64,000 nucleotides of DNA, taken from Octopus vulgaris. Lineage: Eukaryota. This document shows, in pieces, positions 28,017 to 38,226 of this stretch. The stretch spans positions 109,616,001-109,680,000 of the forward strand of contig OX597818.1 in NCBI GenBank assembly GCA_951406725.2, in the 5' to 3' direction. Position 1 is the stretch's first letter, and every line of letters starts with the position of its first letter. A program made the position numbers and the translations under genes. Under the pieces are notes generated by a model that worked only from the letters and a program-made list of their open reading frames with translations, had not been told where the DNA came from and did not search any database.

Positions 28017-28930
28017 TGACTGGCTATATCTATCTTTATCTATCTATCTATCTACCTACATATATATATATCTGAAAATAGAATTAGATATTGTGTAGCG
28101 TGACAGCATATTTATGTTGATGAAGGTGGAGGAGAGCCATATGGTCAAATGTTATTGTATGAGCTTTTTCCTTTTACATTTCATGTGAAGACAGATTGTT
28201 ACATTAATATCAACATGTGGGACTTGAAAACATACACCAGGTATAAAAAATGACTTCAGGTCACATTGCTTTGAGTTTCCACTTTTCCAACTATCCTCCA
28301 CAATTCAGTGTCTCTTCTAGTTCGCTATATCACAATCTTTCTCTTTTTTGCATGGTGCTTCAACTCATCCTTATAATAAGCACGTCCACCACCAACAATA
28401 TCCTCTCCGTTTATCAATTAAGTTAGAACCAAATTGTTATTTTTCTTGCAGCATGGTAATCCAGAAGCATATGTTTATAATATTTATCAGTTTGATACAG
28501 CACCTCCTTCTTGGTCTACTTTTGACATCACTCCATGTGCTAGTTATTCTGATAAAGTACATTTTACAATCCAGTTCCACGGTAAGGATTCAGTAGATCT
28601 TTTCTATTTCTCTGTCTATCTGTCCATTCGTCTGTCTGTTCATCTGCCAATCCACCCACCTGTCCGTCCGTCCGTCCGTCCGTCCGTCCGTCCGTCCGTC
28701 CATCCGTCCATCCATCCATCCATCCATCCATCCATCCATCTATCCATCTGCTTTCTTGTCTGCCAGATTGTCTTTCTGTCTTTCTGTTTCTGCTTTTAGC
28801 TATAGCAATATGTATCACTGCTCAAATTGATGTTTATTTTAACTGTTAAACTAATTTCTTTCTCCTGCAGAGAAGGAAGAATGAGAGTATATGTCACAGT
28901 GTATTTTTAGAAAGGGAGGAGAAAAAGATG

Positions 28931-28973
<43 letters not shown>

Positions 28974-31900
28974 AAATTGATAGATAGACAGGTAGGTAGG
29001 TAGGTAGTGTTGTCATCATAGTAACTAATAAGTTTTGGTTTAAAATGTGGGAATTTTAAGTGCAAGTCTGTCAACACAATGCAACACACTTCAAAAAAAA
29101 TCTATATGTATATATATATATAGACCAAATGCCTGGTCCAATTGATTTGAGAATCACAGTCGCCCTTTGTTAGAGCTGCTTTCAGTGAACTAATCAAACG
29201 TTGCTGAGATGCCCAAACTGGTCTGTTGCCTTTTACTTGTTTCAATCATTTAACTGCGACCATGCTGGGGCACCACCTTGAAGAATGAATCAACCTCAGT
29301 ACTTGTTCCTTCTTAACCCTGATACTTATTCTATCAGTCATTTTTGCTGATCCATCCATCCATCCATCCATCCATCCAGACAGACAGACAGTAAGTCAGC
29401 CAGCCAGCTATTCATCTGTCTATCTCGTTACGTCTTTCATTGCTCAGTCAAAACTGGAAGAGCAGCTGATGTGAACTTTTGCAGGGCTTCTGAAGCTGGT
29501 GGGAGCTAGTCAGAATACTTGCTAAGTGAGTGGACTCTTCAAAAGCATCCAATGGCAGTCACATGTTGGTGTTAAATTAAGCGACAGGAATCCTGTCGTA
29601 TAACCGTAGTAAGTACAACCCACCTGAACAGTCTACCATACCCTTTATCATCATCATCATCATCATCATCATCATTTAGCGTCCGCTTTCCATGCTAGCA
29701 TGGGTTGGACGGGTCAACTGGGGTCTGTGAAGCTGGAAGGCTTCGTCAGGCCCAGTCAGATCTGGCAGTGTTTCTACGGCTGGATGCCCTTCCTAACGCC
29801 AACCACTCCGCGAGTGTAGTGGGTGTTTTTTACATGCCACCTGCACAGGTGCCAGACAGAGATGGCAAACGGCCACGAACGGACGGTGCTTTTACGTGTC
29901 CCCGGCACGGGGGCCAGCCGAGGTTTGCAACGAACACGAATGGATTGTGCTTTTACGTGTCACCAACAAGGGGCCAGACAGAGCTGGCAAACAGCCACGA
30001 ACGGATGGTGCTTTTACGTGTCACCGGCACGGGGGCCAGCCGAGGCTTTTCATTAACAAAACTTAATGCGACCAAAAGCATGATATCAAAAAGTACAATG
30101 TGGTGTGATAAAACCTGGAACAACATGTTTGCGAAGTAAACATTTTAATCACATCACAACACATGCTTTTAGTGTTTTTGGGGCAAGTTATGTTTGTATT
30201 TAGCTCTGTGTTGCATTGAAACACTTGTCAATTGCAAAGTAACTCTGCTATCAACAACTGTAAACTTTCCTACTCTAAGCACAAAGCCCAAAATTTTTTG
30301 GGGGAGGGGGCCAGTAGATTAGATCGACTCCAGTACGCAAATGGTACTTAATTTATTGACTCCAAAAGGATGAAAGGCAAAGAACACAAAGACAGATGAA
30401 ATACCATGAAGCATTTTGCCTGGCGTGCTAACATTTCTTACTGCCCACAAGTTGCTAAACATAGAGGGGACAAACAAGGACAGACAGACAGATTAAGTTG
30501 ATTACATCGACCCCAGTGAGTAACTGGTACTTAATTTATCGACCCCGAAAGGATGAAAGGCAAAGTCGACCTTGGCGGAATTTGAACTCAGGATGTAGCG
30601 GCAGATGAAATACCGCTAAACATTTCGCCTGGCGTGCTAACGATTCTGCCAGCTTGCCGCCTTTTAACAATTGCAAGCTGTATGACTCATTCTGCTCGGA
30701 AAGGAAGGACTGGTATGGCATGTACCTACATTCGTTTTTGTTGGTGCTGATACTCAACATAATATGAATGTGAGACAAGATAGATGATATGTTGTTGATG
30801 TTATTGTTAGTCACTATCAGTGTTGTTTAATCCCAGCTCAGATCTGATCACGATGACTGATGATTAAAGTTATTTTTACCTGGTTTGTTTGTGGTGATGA
30901 ATAAAAATGTATATGATTATTGCTGTTGTTATTAGTAAAAGACCAATACCTGTGCAGATATCTGGAATCGTCTGATGTGTCAGGAATGGAGGCAGATATT
31001 GCTCAGCTGCCTTGACAACAAATGAGACGTGCGCTGCAAAAAGTGTTGGCACCAAAACTGGCTTTTTGTAAGCCATGGAAAGAAGATTCCAAAAGTTTGA
31101 ATCATGTGATTGCTTGACGCTGATTGGTTGCTTAATAGATTGATTACATGAAGCTGCTGTAGTTTGGCCACGACATAACATTTTAGCGATTTGGTTTCGA
31201 ATCACCGCTTTAATATTATAACACATCTTGCTTTTTTATTCAGACATAGTTCATTCCGAACCACATTCTTCAATATATCCTTCCTTAAAAAGAGAGTTGG
31301 GTGTTATCTGAAATTGATTTGGCTGCAATTTCTAGCAAGTTGAGTAAAAAGGAATTTGAAGTTACTTTTTTTGTCAGTTGTTTTCTTGTTATATTTTCTC
31401 TTTCGCTTTTCTTTTTTTACTGGTATTGTTGTTGTTGCAATTCTTACCATTTTTTTTAGTTCCATGTGATTTTACTCCTCTTGGTGTTTGAGCTGAGCGC
31501 TACATAATTGTTAATTACTGTTACCAACAGTGAGAAAATAATCTTTCTCTACAAACACATCCAGTCCCTTGTCCAACTTGCTCTAGATATGAGCAAATAT
31601 GTCTAAAGACATTTTCTCATTGTCTTTCCTTTCACTGCTTTTCTCTTTATTTCTTACCAGTGAACAATAAAAGCAGGACAATTCTAAGGCACCTGACAGA
31701 TCATTCTTCAGTTCAGCAATTACAAGTAGCACTTTCAAAAATGAGTCAAATAACGCCTGTTCGAATCGCTCAGACAGAGGTAATGTTTCCTATTATATTC
31801 TTAAATAGAAGATTGTATATACAATAACGAAATTGTGATAAAAAGGATGGTGTACCTAATGTGGAGGCTGGGATAAATCCTCATCATCATTTAAAGTCCA

Positions 31901-32493
31901 TTGTCCATACTGGCATGGGTTGGCATTCTGGAAGGCTCCAGTCTGATTTGGCATGGTTTCTATAGCTGGATGCCCCTCCTAATGCCAACCACTTCAAGAG
32001 TATAATGGGTGATTTTACATGCTACCAGTATGGGTGCTATTCGCACATCTGCCACGACTGCGATTTTGCTCAGCTTGATGGGTCTTCTTCTCAAGCACGA
32101 CATAATGCCAAAGGTCTTCGTTATTGCCTCTGTGAGGCCCAACACTCGAAAGGAGCTCAGCCACTTTGCCCCCATGAAGCCAAATGTTTGAAAGGAACTC
32201 AGCTACCTCACCACCGAGAGGCTCAACAATATATAATGCAACTAGGTGGCTGGGTTACTATAATGATGATATTTACTTTGATTTCATCAATATTCCATAA
32301 GTTCAATTCCAGTGTGTACCTTTTTCTCCATCTTTTACTTGTTTCAGTCATTAGACTGTAGCCATACTGAGGCACTGCCTTGACAAACTTCAATGAATCC
32401 AACCCAGTATTTATCAACATTTAAAGCCTGGTACTTATTTTATCAGTGTCTTTTATCAAACTGTTAAGTTACAAGGACATAAACACACTCACA

Positions 32494-32535
<42 letters not shown>

Positions 32536-33218
32536 GTAGGAGTGGTTGTGTGGTAAGAAGCTTGCTTCCGAACCACACAGTTCCAGGTTCAGTCCCACTA
32601 CATGATACCTTGGGCAAGTGTCTTCTACTATAGCCTTGAGCCGACCAAAGTCTTGTGAAAGGATTTGGTAGACGAAAAGCTGTAAGGAGCCTGATATATG
32701 TGTGTGTGTGAGAGACTGTGTTTGCCCCCCCCCCCCATCACCTGACAACCAATGTTGGTGTGTTTACGTCCCCGTAACTTTGTGGTTTGGCAAAATAGAA
32801 TAAGTACTAGGCTTACAAAGAATAAGTCCTGGGGTTGATTTGTTTGACTAAAAGGCGGTACTCCAGCATGGCTGTAGCCAAATGACTGAAACGAGTAAAA
32901 GAGTAAAAGAATATATATATATATATATATAAAAGAGTAAAAGAATATATATATATATATATATAAACGAAGTGCTTCTTTAAGTTTCTGCCTATAAAAT
33001 CCACTCACAAGGCTTTGGTCGGCCTGGGGCTATAGTAAAAGACGCTTGCTCAAGTTGCCACGCAGAGAGATTGAACCGAAAACAATGTGGTTGGGAAGTA
33101 AGCTTCCTACCACTCTGCTATACCTACGTCTAGGGACAAATAGATGTGAAAGGCAGCAATGCGGTTATGTAGGTTTGAAACATCTTCCACTTAGCTAATT
33201 AGTATTCTAACGAAGTAA

Positions 33219-33253
<35 letters not shown>

Positions 33254-33610
33254 CACACATACAAAGCTGACTGTAAAACATCAGAGCCTTATTTTCTAAT
33301 GAATTAATTTACATCTGGTTTCAGATGGATGTTGATTTGGATGGAAAGAAATTATTTTTTTCTGCTTCACTGCTGGATGCCCCTAAAGAAGAAAATAAAC
33401 GTTTTCGAAGCGGCATAAAAGATAATGAAATGGCATACATGATGATCCGAGGATTTATGATGAATCAGTGGAATTTTTCAATTGAAATGAAAATAAATTC
33501 GAAGGTATGTATAGAGAGCTAAAAGGGTTTCGCACAGTTTCCGTCATTGTATATACTCGTCTGCTGGTAAAATTATCATATGTTGAGTCATCATCCTCAT
33601 CATCATCATC

Positions 33611-33658
<48 letters not shown>

Positions 33659-36600
33659 GAAATTATTGTATACAGTGCTCAGGTGCACCACAACTTGTCA
33701 ATTGAAATACAATTAAATGTGATATCATCATCATCATCATCGTTTAACGTCTGTTTTCCATGCTGGCATGGGTTGGACGGTTCGACTGGGTTCTGGGAAG
33801 CCAGGAGGCTGCATCAGGCATCAGTCTGATCTGGCAGTATTCTACAGCTGGATGCCCTTCCTAATGCCAACCACTCTGAGAGTGTAGTGGGTGCTTTTTT
33901 ACGTGCTACTGCAGGAGCAAGAGGGGGCTCGTATCAACCCCGATAGGATGGTGCTTTTTACGTGCCACCGACATGGAAGCCAGTTAAGGCAGCACTGGCA
34001 TCGGCCATGTTTGGATGGTGCTTTTTACGTGCCACCGTTACAGGAATCACAACTACAGTTTCCATTTGATTGTGATTTGATTTGATGTTGATGTACTTGA
34101 CTCAAGAGGTCTCCTCAAGCACAGCATGTCGCTCTATGATCCAAGGTCCTTTTGAATGGGCTGGTTATTTTCATTTGATAATGTTTCATTTGAAGTTAGA
34201 ATTAAAACAAGAACTAAGGATCATGATCATTGCAGGCCCAGCCCAGACTTATCATTTACACACTGTTCAAGTAAACTCCTCATAAAGGCTTTTTGGAAGC
34301 TTTTCTTCTCTGGAAGAAATCTGTCACTTACCTCTGTTTAGTGGATTAATGAACGAGAATTAATGAATGAAGTATCAGTTATTCAATTGTGTGTGTGAGT
34401 GTTTATTGCTTGTATAATTCTAGTAAAATCTTTTGTTATCTGAAATATTGAACTTTAGGAAAAGATGATTGTGAACATCACGGCTGAGAACATATGGAAG
34501 TCTTCAGCAGACAGAATATTCTCTTCAACCACAAAAACACTGGAATCATCAACGACTGCACATAAGGCAACAGTTACCAGCAAACCAGTCACCACGAGTT
34601 CAGTTTTCAAATCAACCGCATCTCACAGCACGAAACATTCTTTGAGATCTTCATCTCCACATCCTACACGTCCTGTTCATACTACTAAACATAAAACCTC
34701 AAACAAACCAATAATAACATCCTTCGCCACAACTTCTGTCCATTCAACCACACGAAGATCTTCAAAGGCCCCAACTAAATCATCTCCTTCAAGTAAATCT
34801 GTTCCTTCTACTAAACACACCACCACCTCAAACGCACCCAAAGTTTCATCCGTTACTCCAGCATTAAGACATTTCACGAGCTCCCAGACATCAACACCTT
34901 CCAAAACTACTTTCAAAACGACTTTATCAAACAAGAAATCAACAAATAAACATCTTCGCACAACAACCATGACTTCAAAATCACCAAGCTCGACGAGAAA
35001 GGCCAAAACCAAACTCCCTAACTTTTCTACCATTCGTAAGTAATCTACTTCGGTTGTATTGTTCATGTTTACTTTGATCTGTTCAAGAGCAAAACGTGAG
35101 TGGGCCCCTGCAGTTGCGTAAATAAAATACAATGTAAAATGCTGAGGGATTTACGTAATTTCATTAAACAACATTTAGTTCTATTAACTGAGAATTTAAT
35201 TTCCAGAACAAAACAGGAAATGTGAAAATTACTATTTGTAAATCTCACAACGAGAGATATTCAGCAACAGTACTTTGGAGTAAAAATTTTTTACCAACAT
35301 AACATGGCAGTCCTGGTTTAGGATGAATGTTGCTGTAATTTAGCCCCAGGAGACATCGTCTCCAGCTGGCTATGCAACATGATCTGAGTCCTTATGATTT
35401 TGAGTTGAGTGGGGGAGCTAGATTCCCTTGTTCGAAAATATAAGGACACAGATTGTGTCGTATAGCCTGCTGGAGATGATGTCTTCTGGGGCTAAATTAC
35501 AGCAACATTTGTCCTAAACCAGGACTGCCATGTTATGCTGGTAAACAATCTTTACCCCAAATCAGGAAATGTTGTTCAGTTTTGGCTCTGATCAAAGACT
35601 CAGGACCTATGTAATATCTCTTCTAATTACACCTGGTACAGTACTTACAATTACCACATGAAACATCTCTAGCAGTTTTAAACACACACTTATATGTGAC
35701 TGATGAATGCAAGCAGCAAACTAGTTCTTTGTATTTTGCCAAGAAACTGTTTTGCAAATGAACAGGGAACTCATAAGAAAAATATTGATAAAATATCAGT
35801 GATGATTGAATTAAATTTTCAGGAAGTAAAATTCTTTAATCTGTTTCTACTCATGTCTGAGCTCAATTTTATTTTCTGTAGTTCTGAAAGTATAAGTCTT
35901 TGTTTACATATTACAAATTAAACAATCCAGGCAATAGAAAGAATTCCTAGGTTTAGAAAATTGTTCTTGAAGTTTTGCTACAAACAACAAACAAATTTGT
36001 TCTTGGACATACTTAGAATGGGTTTCATTTTAAACATGTATTTGAGAATACTCGGAATCTAATCCACATATCCATTTTCTCATAAGGCCATTTCTTTTTA
36101 ATAGATTCTATTAAGCAGGTTACAGGAAGACATAATTCCTCGTATTTCTTTGGAACTTAGACTCTTCCCCAGAAGTAAACTGATGACACGAGAAGTCGTT
36201 TTCTATTTCAAGAGTGCATTGTATGCAGACTTACCACTAAAGTGTACGGTACACACAAACTTTACCTCACCGCAAGTTTGGTGGATGCACAGACTAATCC
36301 ACCAGGTACATAGTGTATATAGAGACCAATATATTAAGTGGATATTGTATGTAGAGATTAAATCCCTGTGTGTAGTGTATATAGAAGCTAATCCACCAGA
36401 TGAGCAGTGTCCAAACACAATATGTATAATCTTTCCTGTATTACAACCAATAAATGTAATACAACTGAAAGGGAATTTAGATATACCTATATATACTGTG
36501 GAGGCGCAATGGCCCTGTGGTTAGGGCAGCAGACTCGCGGTCATAGGTTCGCAGTTTCGATTCTCAGACCAGACAATGTGAGTGTTTATTGAGTGAAAAC

Positions 36601-38191
36601 ATTTAAAGCTCTGGCAGGGGGTGGTGGTGAACCCTGCTGTACTCTTTCATCACAACTTTCTCTCACTTTTTCTTCCTGTTTCTGTTGTACCTGTATTTCA
36701 AAGGGCCAGCCTTGTCACACTCTTGTTTCATGCTGAATCTCCCCTAGAATTACATTAAGGGTACACATGTCTGTGGAGTGCTCAGCCACTTGCATATTAA
36801 TTTCACAAGCAGGCTGTTCTGTTGATCGGATCAACTGGAACCCTCGTCATCGTAACCGATGGAGTACAACCAATGTATACTAAATTAAGTTAACATCTAA
36901 GCAGCAAATTCAGTTTTCCTTTCTCACATCAAAGGAAATCATTAACGAGTTTGAAATTGCTTTGATGACCTTGCAGGCTTTGAATGATATCCTAAAAGTG
37001 CAATTGATTTTTTGCAGATGAGAGGAGATGTTCGCCTTGCAATTTACGTCGAAATTACAATGAGATCTGTTAGAAAATTCTCTGATTTGTTTAATTGGAT
37101 TCCATGCTGTGGTTGTGTTTTTGTTAATGTTTGGGGGTTTGGTATTTATGTGGTTTGTTTGTTGTGTTTTGATGTATTTTATGGAAATTGTACAGGGTCT
37201 TAGGCTGTTTTCTTATACTTGGAGTTTGATATAATTTTATTCACACAATAATCTATAAATCTAGAAATATTAAATTTCTAAATATCTCGGAGAGATATAA
37301 GCAGTGGCGGAATGATAGAGCAGTTGTATATTGTCAACTTAATGTGACAGTCCCATAAAGGGAATCACACCACCGCTATTTAGCCCTAGGAAGCATCAAC
37401 GCTTCCTGTTGGCTTAGACACATTTCCTGTGTCCTTATATTTACAAAGGGGAGACAAGCACCCCCAACAGCTAGACCTGCACTCAGAGACATGTTTCTGA
37501 GTCTTGCTCGTCATCAGTCTGGAGTAACATTTTCACTGAAAATATATATGTTTGCAAAGTCGAGACAAGTATCTTCAGCTAGCAGGTCATGCTACTCTGG
37601 ATGCAGTTATAAGGTGATTATGATTATGAAAGACACACACACATACATGCACACACATATATACAGAGAGAGAGGGGAGAGAGAGAGAGAATAGAAATGT
37701 GTATATTCAGGCACGTTTAAGACTAGCACCAGGTGCTTTTTACATGGTACCAACACCACATGGCATCAGCACCAGCTGCTAAAAACATCTCCCTGATATC
37801 AATCACCACTGTCTAAAACATGGGAAGCACATTGGATAATGTGATCCCAGATACACAATGTCTGAAAAGAATAGACTTAATTGAGAATAATGTGAAACTA
37901 AGCTGAAATAAAACAACTCAGCTAAATTCGTATAAAATGCAGGAAGGATATCTTTCAGGTCGGAAGTTGTAAAATTGAAAGGGGGAAAAGACTCTTTTAC
38001 TCTTTTACTTGTTTCAGTCATGTGACTGTGGCCATGCTGGAGCACCACCTTTAGTCGAGCAAATTGACCCCAGGACTTAATCTATCAGTCTCTTTTGCCG
38101 AACCACTAAGTTACAGGGACATAAATACAACAGCATCAGTTGTTAAGCGATGTTGGGGGGGGGGATGACAAACATAGACACACAAACATAT

Positions 38192-38226
<35 letters not shown>

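Noticed and set aside
34677-35132. Minus-strand Val-rich ORF
   Set aside because: Antisense shadow of the Thr/Ser-rich mucin exon.
13014-37521. Apparent bias for intact hammerheads to be antisense to the host gene
   Set aside because: Too few copies, several antisense copies are also broken, and CpG decay explains most of the lesions.
35200-37620. Extra exon candidates between the mucin and TM exons (35207, 36105, 37579)
   Set aside because: None gave an open phase 1-1 exon with a credible donor. The direct 35035-40452 join is in frame.
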